From: a phage
DNA length: 64,000 bases
Reading direction: 5' to 3' (one strand)
Assembly: GCA_036253495.1 (NCBI GenBank)
Contig: GCA_036253495.1_4125.1
Under the pieces are notes generated by a model. That model did no database searches. It saw nothing but the letters and a program-made list of their open reading frames with translations, and had not been told where the DNA came from. Both the position numbers and the translations under genes were made by a program. Numbering within the stretch: position 1 is the stretch's first letter; every line of letters starts with the position of its first letter. Shown in pieces: positions 47,261 through 55,612 of the stretch.

Positions 47261-47893
47261 ATGCTATATAATATTGGTATTATGGACGTACCTGGTGATG
47301 GTAACATAAAATCTCCTGATAATAAAATATATAAAACATGGTGTTCAATCTTTGTTAGATGCTATTCGCCAATATCACTAAAAAAACGCCCAACGTATGA
47401 ATTAACCGAAGTATGTGATGAATGGAAACTATATTCAAACTTCAAAAAATGGTATATAAGTAATTATATAGAAGGTTACTTTCTTGATAAAGATATTATT
47501 GATGGTACTTCTAATATTTACTCACCATATACTTGCTCGTTTGTTCCAAACATTATAAATTGTTGTATTTTGGATGGGAATTCAAAAAACTCTAATCTAC
47601 CAATTGGTGTTCATTATAGACCGAAAGGGAAAGATATGGTCAACGAATTTTCGAATCCATATCAAGCAAGACTCTGGAAATATAAAAAACGTGTATCACT
47701 CGGATGTTATCCTACACCATATGATGCACATAAAGCGTGGCAATTTGGTAAGAAAGAATACTTATTAGAATTGATTAACGACTATAGTGATAAAGTTACC
47801 CCTGAAGTTGTTGTCGGTTTACAACGTAGAATTGATATACTAACCGATGATATAAAAAAATGTAGAATTACAAATTCAATCAGTAAAATATAG
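47261..47893 (+). CDS. putative HNH-type homing endonuclease-like protein
   Basis: N-terminal W-x2-I-x2-RC and VCDEW..F..F..W pattern typical of phage HNH endonuclease N-terminal modules. Confidence 0.4.
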   Translation: MLYNIGIMDVPGDGNIKSPDNKIYKTWCSIFVRCYSPISLKKRPTYELTEVCDEWKLYSNFKKWYISNYIEGYFLDKDIIDGTSNIYSPYTCSFVPNIINCCILDGNSKNSNLPIGVHYRPKGKDMVNEFSNPYQARLWKYKKRVSLGCYPTPYDAHKAWQFGKKEYLLELINDYSDKVTPEVVVGLQRRIDILTDDIKKCRITNSISKI

Positions 47894-47898
47894 AGAGG

Positions 47899-48237
47899 TT
47901 GTATATGCTAAATCTAGTTATTCAAGGTAATGTTGATATTACTCCAGCAATCCATGACGCAATTCATCAAGAAGCAAACACTCTAAATAAATTTAGTGAT
48001 TCTTCAGTACTGAATATTGGTGTTCATGTGAAAAAAGAGCATAAGACACAGTACGCAGTAACTTTAACATCAGGTGGTAAGTCTGTTACTGCCGATGATG
48101 CAGATTTATACAAGGCGATTGTCGATTCATTCGAAAAAATGGAAACTGTATTCAGTAAAGACAAAAGCATTAAATTGCACCGCCGAAACCATCCAGACCG
48201 TCCAGTTGTAGTTGATGTAACTGACGAAGAAGAGTAA
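47899..48237 (+). CDS. ribosome hibernation promoting factor (HPF/RaiA-family) homolog
   Basis: 112 aa; MLNLVIQGNVDITPAIHDAIHQ... and ...ADDADLYKAIVDSFEKME match HPF/YfiA architecture and length. Confidence 0.6.
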   Translation: MYMLNLVIQGNVDITPAIHDAIHQEANTLNKFSDSSVLNIGVHVKKEHKTQYAVTLTSGGKSVTADDADLYKAIVDSFEKMETVFSKDKSIKLHRRNHPDRPVVVDVTDEEE

Positions 48238-48244
48238 TATAACA

Positions 48245-48275
48245 AAGGGACAGATTAATTCTGTCCCTTTTCTTA
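48245..48275 (+). terminator. intrinsic terminator (GGGACAG-ATTAATT-CTGTCCC then TTTTCTT)
   Basis: Perfect 7-bp stem plus U-tract. Confidence 0.6.
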
Positions 48276-48288
48276 TGGAGTTTTAATT

Positions 48289-48699
48289 ATGAATTATGCT
48301 TGGATGGAAATTGTAAAATCTCTCGTATCAACACATGATGTTGATTTACCAGATAGTCTAGTATTTAATAGATGGTACTATCCATATCCAGAGGACCGTA
48401 GGGTTGGAATTGGATTTTTTATTAATGATAAATCTAATTTGATTGGATTAATTGAAGATCTGAAATCCAACGTAGTGTCGTTCTCAATTGAGTTTAATGA
48501 CGATCACATAAAATACTACACCAGTAAAATGGACGAAGACGATGTTATAATCCCTATGGATATAGATGAAGCTTCATTTTTTCAGTTATCATTGATTTAT
48601 GATCTATCTAACATTACTTATGATAATGTGAAAGACCTTTTTATATTGTACAATAAAATGTATAATTACTTTTTAAGACCTTTTTATATTGTACAATAA
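48289..48699 (+). CDS. hypothetical protein
   Basis: 136 aa ORF. Confidence 0.45.
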   Translation: MNYAWMEIVKSLVSTHDVDLPDSLVFNRWYYPYPEDRRVGIGFFINDKSNLIGLIEDLKSNVVSFSIEFNDDHIKYYTSKMDEDDVIIPMDIDEASFFQLSLIYDLSNITYDNVKDLFILYNKMYNYFLRPFYIVQ

Positions 48700-48734
48700 A
48701 ATGTATAATTACTTTTTATAACAGAGGTATAGTG

Positions 48735-48920
48735 ATGGAATATACAATAGGTGCAATAGTATGTATCGCAGCATTATTAGGTGGCATTGGTGTGATGATT
48801 TACTTTGATGCAGAACCCAGTACTGAAATGGGTACAACCCTGGAACTCAAACCTGGCATTAAGGTGAACGACTCTTACTGTTACGATCCACATAGTAATA
48901 AGTATGTGATTTGTTTATGA
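48735..48920 (+). CDS. small membrane protein
   Basis: ATG at 48735 five nt after GAGGT; N-terminal TM helix. Confidence 0.4.
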   Translation: MEYTIGAIVCIAALLGGIGVMIYFDAEPSTEMGTTLELKPGIKVNDSYCYDPHSNKYVICL

Positions 48921-49327
48921 AAAAGTTTAATATTAAACCGATATTTGATGCTATCGAAATTAAATTGAAAGACCAACGAAAACCCGATGGTACTGGTTTA
49001 TTCTTTAGTTTAGATAGAACCTACGTTGAAACACATGTATCAAGTTTTGATAGAACTGGTAATCTTTTCATCCGTTCATATAACATGTTTTATAGTGAAG
49101 ATGTTTTTATGATAGATATCACTTTAGATGAAAGTATAGGTTTGATGTACATTGAAGATGTTCAATCAAACGATCAACGAAACGGCACACTTCCTATTGG
49201 TGCTACCGAGGAAGAGTTTATGCAATATCAGTTCATTGATGATACCTTTGGTATTGACTTTGTGACATATCAGAGTATAATGCGTGTATACGAACAGTAT
49301 GAGGATTACGTAATTGGACGTTACTAA
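48917..49327 (+). CDS. hypothetical protein, tandem paralog 1
   Basis: C-terminal QYQFIDDTFGIDFVTYQSIMRVYEQYE nearly identical in pattern to next gene. Confidence 0.45.
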   Translation: MKKFNIKPIFDAIEIKLKDQRKPDGTGLFFSLDRTYVETHVSSFDRTGNLFIRSYNMFYSEDVFMIDITLDESIGLMYIEDVQSNDQRNGTLPIGATEEEFMQYQFIDDTFGIDFVTYQSIMRVYEQYEDYVIGRY

Positions 49328-49736
49328 AATACCCAAATTCAACGAAACGTTAAAGTACTTTTCTGAACAAGAGTTCAGTACTGAAAGACGTGGTTTAGTC
49401 ACATACAACCAATATCGCGTAATGTATACTAACCAGTTACAAGGAACAGTACGTATTAAAATCCGTAATGCATATGATGATGGTGATGAATTATTAATTA
49501 TACTAAGAAAAAGTAAGATAGAACTACAATACCATAGATTTGATACTTCCGATGAGTTTGCATGGAATGTGTTAGAAAAAAAAGCAGGTTCATTGCCTGT
49601 AGTTGATGATGGACCTGAAGTACTGGCCCAGTATATGTTCATTGATGACACATTTGGTATTGACTATTCTTCATTTCAGTATATACTATCTATACATAAA
49701 CAATATGAATCCCGCTTGCGTGACAGATTAATTTAA
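49314..49736 (+). CDS. hypothetical protein, tandem paralog 2 (TTG start)
   Basis: C-terminal QYMFIDDTFGIDYSSFQYILSIHKQYE; N-terminus aligns with paralog 1. Confidence 0.4.
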   Translation: MDVTKIPKFNETLKYFSEQEFSTERRGLVTYNQYRVMYTNQLQGTVRIKIRNAYDDGDELLIILRKSKIELQYHRFDTSDEFAWNVLEKKAGSLPVVDDGPEVLAQYMFIDDTFGIDYSSFQYILSIHKQYESRLRDRLI

Positions 49737-49872
49737 TTGGAGGCTTTATGATTGCAATGTTAGAAGAAGATTGGGGTGTTTCTGAACAAGGAACCGACGA
49801 ATATCAAGTTCCAGAATACAAGCCAAAAGGCTTCTGGGAAAGTCTGCGTGATTGGTTGATGGGAGAATAAGA

Positions 49873-50985
49873 ATGAAAAAATACCTTGTTGGTGGATACT
49901 GCCGCGACCGTCTAATGGGCATTCGTGCAAAGGACAAAGATTATGTCATTGTTGGTGCAACTGAATCTGATATAAAATACTTAGAAAGTATTGGATATAA
50001 ACAGGTTGGTAAAGATTTTCCAGTTTATCTAAGCCCAGAAGGTAACGAACACGCATTAGCCCGTACTGAACGAAAAACTGGTACTGGATACGGTGGCTTC
50101 GAAGTGGATACAAAAGGTGTAACACTGGAACAAGATTTGTATCGTCGTGATCTTACAATTAATGCAATCGCGTATGATCCAGTACTGCAAATTCACATCG
50201 ACCCATACGGTGGTAAAGCTGATATCAAGAATAAAGTACTACGCCATGTATCCGAGCACTTCAAAGAAGATCCATTGCGTGTATTACGTCTAGCTCGCTT
50301 TGCTACGCGTTATTCTGATTTCTCTATACACGAGACTACTGAAGCACTTGCAATCGATATGGTAGCGTCTGGTGAGCTAAATCACCTTGTTCCAGACCGT
50401 GTTTATGTTGAATTTGAAAAGGCATTGTCAGAAGAGAAGCCAGCTAAGTTCCTTAAAACACTAAGTAAGTTGGGTTACTATGAAAAAGCATTTAATGCTA
50501 CATTAACCAAAAAGTCATTGGAACTCATTGATCATATCTCTGATAATTGTACTGAAGCATATAAGCCATATTTCTTATGGTCTGTGCTTCTTGAGAAAGA
50601 AGAAGTTGGCGAGGATTCAGTACTGAATGGTGCTATTAAAATGCCCGTTAAGTACGTTAAATTCAGTAATTACATCAAACGTTTCCGTGATGATATCAAG
50701 GCATTCCGTAAAAAGACCCCAAATGAAATGGGACAATTATTACTGGATATGAATATCAAGAATAACGGCGGTGAAGAATTCCTTTACAAAGTACTGGAAT
50801 ATTTTATTCTACGTAAAGAGATTGATTTAGACCTTGAAGATTTAATCATTAAGGTATATGATCGTTACACTGATGTAGTACTTCCAGATATTCAACAACT
50901 GGTAAAAGACGGTGAGTTAGAAGCATCTGAAATCCGTGATTTTGTTTCAGATTTACGTTGTGAAGCAATTCAACAAATGTTTTAA
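49873..50985 (+). CDS. tRNA nucleotidyltransferase (CCA-adding enzyme) family protein
   Basis: Head-domain motif YLVGGYCRDRLMGIRAKDKDYV (GG.xRD..LG....D.D); ATG at 49873 after GGAG. Confidence 0.7.
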   Translation: MKKYLVGGYCRDRLMGIRAKDKDYVIVGATESDIKYLESIGYKQVGKDFPVYLSPEGNEHALARTERKTGTGYGGFEVDTKGVTLEQDLYRRDLTINAIAYDPVLQIHIDPYGGKADIKNKVLRHVSEHFKEDPLRVLRLARFATRYSDFSIHETTEALAIDMVASGELNHLVPDRVYVEFEKALSEEKPAKFLKTLSKLGYYEKAFNATLTKKSLELIDHISDNCTEAYKPYFLWSVLLEKEEVGEDSVLNGAIKMPVKYVKFSNYIKRFRDDIKAFRKKTPNEMGQLLLDMNIKNNGGEEFLYKVLEYFILRKEIDLDLEDLIIKVYDRYTDVVLPDIQQLVKDGELEASEIRDFVSDLRCEAIQQMF

Positions 50986-51058
50986 AACTCTGGGACAATA
51001 GAACGACTTCTGATATAATAATTGTATCTGGGCATCATTGCTATTAAGAGATAAGATT

Positions 51059-51488
51059 ATGCGTTATAGTTGTGGCATTATATTTTATCGTGATGGTCAG
51101 ATACTTGTTGGACACACAACACGGACAGAAGCATTGGGATTTACCAAAAGGTAAAACCGAGGGCAATGAAACATTTGCTGAAGCTGCTGTTCGTGAGTGC
51201 TATGAAGAAACAGGATTTGAGATTGATGAAAAGGATCTTCTCTTATTAGGTGATGTATCATACAGGAAAGGGAAAAGATTAGTTTTATTTTTCTATACAG
51301 CTAAATACAAACCCGAACCGGATGAACTGAAGTGTAACAGTACTTATACCAATCGATATGGTAAAAGCCATCCAGAATTGGATAAATTCATGTACATTGA
51401 TGTTCAAGATTGTCAAAAGTATTTGACCGAACGAATGTGTAACAGTATAATTAAAGCTGTTAAATTGTTTCAAAAAAATAAAGGATAG
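51059..51488 (+). CDS. Nudix hydrolase, apparently interrupted by a +1 frameshift near 51113-51125
   Basis: Frame A (51059-51154) encodes MRYSCGIIFYRDGQILVGHTTR; frame B (track ORF 51072-51488) carries an exact Nudix box GKTEGNETFAEAAVRECYEETG. Confidence 0.5.
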
Positions 51489-51492
51489 TTAT

Positions 51493-51741
51493 ATGAAAGT
51501 GAAAATTTATGGTCGCACGACTGGTTGTAATTTCTGTGATACAGCAAAAGCAATTTGTGAGAACAATTCATTTGAAATGGATTTTATCGATGTGGTTTCT
51601 GAAGGTATTGATGGTGCTAAACTATCAGAAATTTGCGGTGAGCCAGTTCGTCAAGTTCCACAAATTTTCGTAAATGATGAGTATGTTCCTGGTGGATGTA
51701 CTGGTTTTGTTAACGGGCTAAAAGAAGGTCGCTGGAACTAA
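51493..51741 (+). CDS. glutaredoxin/NrdC-like thioredoxin-fold protein
   Basis: 82 aa; CxxC active site (TGCNFC) near N-terminus and C-terminal VPQIFVNDEYVPGGCTGF. Confidence 0.6.
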   Translation: MKVKIYGRTTGCNFCDTAKAICENNSFEMDFIDVVSEGIDGAKLSEICGEPVRQVPQIFVNDEYVPGGCTGFVNGLKEGRWN

Positions 51742-51980
51742 TGAATATCGATAAGGTATCATCACGAGCACGTGCATTGGCTGACAGTTTGGGAGTTAAA
51801 TTTGAAACTCCAGATATCAACCAATCAAAACAAAAAGCTCAAAAGAAAATTCATGAAATGAAAGAATACACATCAAGACGTGAAGAATACGATGCTGCTA
51901 TTTCTCACATTATTGAAGTGTTTAGTAAAGATGATATTTTAGCATTTATTGCTTCACATGAGGTTGTAAAAAACCCCTAA
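51741..51980 (+). CDS. hypothetical protein
   Basis: 79 aa ORF, start overlaps upstream stop. Confidence 0.4.
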   Translation: MNIDKVSSRARALADSLGVKFETPDINQSKQKAQKKIHEMKEYTSRREEYDAAISHIIEVFSKDDILAFIASHEVVKNP

Positions 51981-52030
51981 ATAATATTGAAGAACAACAA
52001 GTTCTTCTTAACAATTTGGGAGATACTATT

Positions 52031-52273
52031 ATGCTCAGTTTTCGTGAACAATTAGCAAAAGGTCAATTTCAGACTAAAGCTCAAACAAATATTCCTAAAA
52101 AATCTGCATTCTTAGGAACAATTACGGAAGATGGTTATTGTGACTTCAATCCACCAGAAGATAGCTGGTATATTGAAAAAGACACAAAACGTAGTAATAG
52201 ACTTCACAAAAGTACAATAGCAAGAAAGCATCGAAAAGAATTGAAGAAAATTCGTTTCGGTGAAGAAGAATAA
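52031..52273 (+). CDS. hypothetical basic protein
   Basis: ATG at 52031 (track start 52016 is TTG). Confidence 0.4.
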   Translation: MLSFREQLAKGQFQTKAQTNIPKKSAFLGTITEDGYCDFNPPEDSWYIEKDTKRSNRLHKSTIARKHRKELKKIRFGEEE

Positions 52274-52285
52274 CCTAATAATATA

Positions 52286-52316
52286 AAGGACTTGAGATTA
52301 TCGAGTCCTTTTCTTT
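52286..52316 (+). terminator. intrinsic terminator-like hairpin then TTTTCTTTT
   Basis: Imperfect stem GGACTTGAG/ATCGAGTCC followed by U-tract. Confidence 0.5.
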
Positions 52317-52328
52317 TCGGAGCACTAA

Positions 52329-52808
52329 ATGATACATGAACATAGCGGCAATCTGTTTGATTTATTCAGTACTGTTACTGATGATCAAACCGCGTTGCAT
52401 ATAATCGCTCATGGTTGTAATGCACAGGGTAAGATGGGTTCGGGTTTTGCAAAAGAATTAAGAAAGCGTCACCAATTGGCATATGATGTGTATCATACAC
52501 GTTATACCAATCAGAATGGTTTGAAATTGGGTGAAGTTGTCTATGCAGCACCAAATAATAACTTAATTATTGCAAACTGCATTACACAAGAGTATTATGG
52601 TAATGATGGTAAGAAGTATGTAAGTTATGATGCGATTGACCTTGCATTTAACTCGATGAATGAATTCATTAAAAATGAACCACAAGAGATCCATGTACAC
52701 TTCCCGAAAATTGGAGCCGATTTAGGCGGTGGTAACTGGAACGTTATCAAAGAAATCATTGACCACAGGCTGGTTAATGCTGAAAAACATTTATATATTC
52801 TCAAATAA
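52329..52808 (+). CDS. macro-domain-like protein (tentative)
   Basis: TALHIIAHGCNAQGKMGSGFAKEL loosely resembles the macro-domain ADP-ribose-binding segment. Confidence 0.4.
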   Translation: MIHEHSGNLFDLFSTVTDDQTALHIIAHGCNAQGKMGSGFAKELRKRHQLAYDVYHTRYTNQNGLKLGEVVYAAPNNNLIIANCITQEYYGNDGKKYVSYDAIDLAFNSMNEFIKNEPQEIHVHFPKIGADLGGGNWNVIKEIIDHRLVNAEKHLYILK

Positions 52809-52828
52809 ACAAAAAGGACTTGACAAAA

Positions 52829-53137
52829 ATGACTATTACCGTTAAACTACTAAACATCAACAACGTTGGCCCAGTACTAGCAGTTCTACAAACCGATGCT
52901 CCAGAAGCAGTAGTAGTTAACTACCCAGCACAGCTAGGTACTGACGAAAAAGGTGAAATCATTCTACGTGATTATCTAGAATTTATTAGTTCAGAAAAAG
53001 GTGTTATTTTCTTCAAATCTAACATCATCAGTATCAGTGATGCAAACCCTGCACTGGTTGATGCTTATGTTGAAGCAATTAAGACTCTAGAAGATAAGCC
53101 AGCGTTGATTGTCCCTGACAACAAAATCATCCTATAA
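52829..53137 (+). CDS. hypothetical protein
   Basis: ATG at 52829 (track start 52820 is TTG). Confidence 0.4.
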   Translation: MTITVKLLNINNVGPVLAVLQTDAPEAVVVNYPAQLGTDEKGEIILRDYLEFISSEKGVIFFKSNIISISDANPALVDAYVEAIKTLEDKPALIVPDNKIIL

Positions 53138-53149
53138 TAGAGGTATAAA

Positions 53150-53527
53150 ATGGCTGCTAATGAAGTGAAAGCAAAAACTATTCAAGCTATCGTAGTACTG
53201 AAAGGTAAAACCCCATCACCAAAAGAATTGGTTATGGCTGGCATGACTATGCTACATCAGTACAACCCAGCATCCCCTAACTATGTTCAAGAATATGAAG
53301 CCAAACAGTTTAAAGCTCATTGGGATTCATGGATTAAAGACAATGAACTGGAACAAGTTGTCTATGAAGCAGATGACATGGATGAAATGATGCAGATTGA
53401 ATATCTTGCGAATCAGCAGTCAGTACCACTAAGTATGTTTGGTAATGGGGAAGAGGTTCTAGTACTCGGCCCCTTCACTAAAAAAGATATTGAACACATT
53501 GTCACTAACTGTACAAAGATAAGTTAA
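53150..53527 (+). CDS. hypothetical protein
   Basis: 125 aa ORF with SD AGAGGT. Confidence 0.45.
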   Translation: MAANEVKAKTIQAIVVLKGKTPSPKELVMAGMTMLHQYNPASPNYVQEYEAKQFKAHWDSWIKDNELEQVVYEADDMDEMMQIEYLANQQSVPLSMFGNGEEVLVLGPFTKKDIEHIVTNCTKIS

Positions 53528-53739
53528 TGAGCGATCATCTTTTAACAGGTGTTTATAATCATAAATTAATAGTCGGAAATACTCATTACTGGATTGAGCC
53601 AAATCAAGACTATATAATATACTATCATGATGGGAAACATATATATTCAGTTAGTATATTTGGTTTCCTTGATATGATAGATACTGAACACTTTGTTAAC
53701 TTAGTTTATTTGCGTTGTTGGTACGATAGACTAAGCTAA
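53527..53739 (+). CDS. hypothetical protein
   Basis: 70 aa ORF overlapping upstream stop. Confidence 0.4.
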   Translation: MSDHLLTGVYNHKLIVGNTHYWIEPNQDYIIYYHDGKHIYSVSIFGFLDMIDTEHFVNLVYLRCWYDRLS

Positions 53740-53790
53740 ATCAATAGCACCTCTAAATAATGTATATAAACATTAAAGAGGTGCTTTTTT

Positions 53791-54582
53791 ATGTCATATG
53801 ACTATATGGGTGGAAATCCAGATGCCCCAAATTACGATCACCGTGAAAAATTAAAAGATGTGATTACACAAATGTTGGGTGCTGGTGCTGTTGAAGTTGA
53901 AATTACTGATGGACAATTAGAAATCGCAATCGATAATGCGGTATCAAACTACAGAGCATGGAGTTCTGCATCAAAAGAAGAAGCTTTTTTAAGCATGAAA
54001 TTCTATGATTCTCAATCAGTTTACATGCTACCAACTGAAGTGGAAATTGTTAAGAAAATTTATCGTTATGGTAATGGTTATTTGAGTTCTGGTAGTGGTA
54101 ACTCAGTTGATCCATTTTCAATTGCATTTACAAACACATATCTACTAACGTCTGCTCGCAACGCTGGTGGTTATGATTTAACAACCTATGACTTCAGCTT
54201 CCAGTTTCAGGAATTAGTAGGTCGTATGTTTGGACGTGAGATTATTTTCCAGTTTAACCCTATGACTAAGAAACTGGTTATTGACCGTGATATTCGCGGC
54301 ACAGAAGAAGTACTGGTTCATGTGTATCATAACATCCCAGAACCACTACTATTCCAACGTCAAATGAGTTATCCGTGGCTTCGTGATTGGGCTTTATCGG
54401 AAGCGATGATTATGTTAGGTCGCAACCGTGCTAAGTTTGCTTCTTTGCCTGGACCACAAGGAACATTTTCAATGGATGGTGATACACTTCGTAATGAAGG
54501 TATGCAACTCCAGGAACAACTTAAAGAACAGTTGAAGAGATACAAAGATGGTGGTGAACCACTTGGTATGATTATTGGTTAA
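53791..54582 (+). CDS. hypothetical protein (possibly virion-associated)
   Basis: 263 aa ORF with SD AAAGAGGTG; precedes dNMP kinase and tail genes. Confidence 0.45.
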   Translation: MSYDYMGGNPDAPNYDHREKLKDVITQMLGAGAVEVEITDGQLEIAIDNAVSNYRAWSSASKEEAFLSMKFYDSQSVYMLPTEVEIVKKIYRYGNGYLSSGSGNSVDPFSIAFTNTYLLTSARNAGGYDLTTYDFSFQFQELVGRMFGREIIFQFNPMTKKLVIDRDIRGTEEVLVHVYHNIPEPLLFQRQMSYPWLRDWALSEAMIMLGRNRAKFASLPGPQGTFSMDGDTLRNEGMQLQEQLKEQLKRYKDGGEPLGMIIG

Positions 54583-54631
54583 AATAAAAAAAGACTCCAT
54601 GTTGGGGTCTTTTTTCATATACGGTGATATA

Positions 54632-54889
54632 ATGACAATTGAATATGCAAAATTCAGATGTGGAAAATTAAGCGACAATTATTTCGAATCAGAACAGTAC
54701 TGGCGATTTATCAAAAATGCATTAGTAGATGTATTCACCAGGGATGTAATTAACGCATGGGCAAGTATATGCAGGGATGATAATGGAAAAACATTTTATG
54801 TTGTATATGTGTCAGTATACAACGGTAATGAAACTATTATTGATATAGTTAGAAGCTTAGTTGGTGATGAATATATGAAGGAAGTGTAA
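54632..54889 (+). CDS. hypothetical protein
   Basis: ATG at 54632 downstream of a terminator-like hairpin (track start 54575 spans the hairpin). Confidence 0.4.
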   Translation: MTIEYAKFRCGKLSDNYFESEQYWRFIKNALVDVFTRDVINAWASICRDDNGKTFYVVYVSVYNGNETIIDIVRSLVGDEYMKEV

Positions 54890-54891
54890 CT

Positions 54892-55518
54892 ATGGAAAGA
54901 AAAATCGTAGCCATCAATGGCTCAATAGGAAGTGGTAAAGATACATACGCTAAAACATTCATCGATAATGGATATACCCGTATGTCGTTTGCAAAGAACC
55001 TGAAAGATTCAGTTGCAGCTATTTTTGGCTGGGACAGGGAAATGCTTGAAGGAACTACTAAAGAAGGTCGTGCTATTCGTGAACAACCGGATCAGTACTG
55101 GTGTAATAAATTAGGACGTGATGATGTTTCACCACGTTGGGTACTGCAAAATTACGGTACTAATGTAGTTCGTCGTTATTTGCATAATGACATTTGGGTA
55201 TTCAGTTTAGAACGTTCTATGATGGAAATAGAAGGTAACATTATCATTACTGATTGTCGTTTTCCAAATGAATTGAAAATGATTCGTGAAAATAACGGTA
55301 TCATCATTGAAGTTCAACGTAATTTACCATTCTGGTATGGTCTAGCAGCATCATACAATAAAGGTGATATCCAAATGAAACCAGTTGAACTGGAATCAGT
55401 ACATGAATCTGAATGGGCATGGATTGGTATTAACAACCCACATTATATTATCAAGAATAATGGAACTATAAAAGACCTAGAAAACAAAGCACTGGATATT
55501 ATTTATACGAAAAACTGA
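54892..55518 (+). CDS. deoxynucleoside monophosphate kinase (T4 gp1-like)
   Basis: P-loop IVAINGSIGSGKDT and following YTRMSFAKNLKDSVAAIFGW resemble T4 gp1 as recalled. Confidence 0.6.
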   Translation: MERKIVAINGSIGSGKDTYAKTFIDNGYTRMSFAKNLKDSVAAIFGWDREMLEGTTKEGRAIREQPDQYWCNKLGRDDVSPRWVLQNYGTNVVRRYLHNDIWVFSLERSMMEIEGNIIITDCRFPNELKMIRENNGIIIEVQRNLPFWYGLAASYNKGDIQMKPVELESVHESEWAWIGINNPHYIIKNNGTIKDLENKALDIIYTKN

Positions 55519-55612
55519 TAAAAAATCAATTAGCTCAAGTCAATTAAATCCACCAATAAATAAGACTATACGAAATATATTCGAATAACCAATTATTTTT
55601 GGAGGATTTAAT

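Noticed and set aside
51072-51110. N-terminus of the +1-frame Nudix ORF (MALYFIVMVRYLL) as the true start
   Set aside because: The same nucleotides in the upstream frame encode a much more typical Nudix N-terminus (GIIFYRDGQILVGH) starting from an ATG at 51059, so a frameshift is the simpler explanation.
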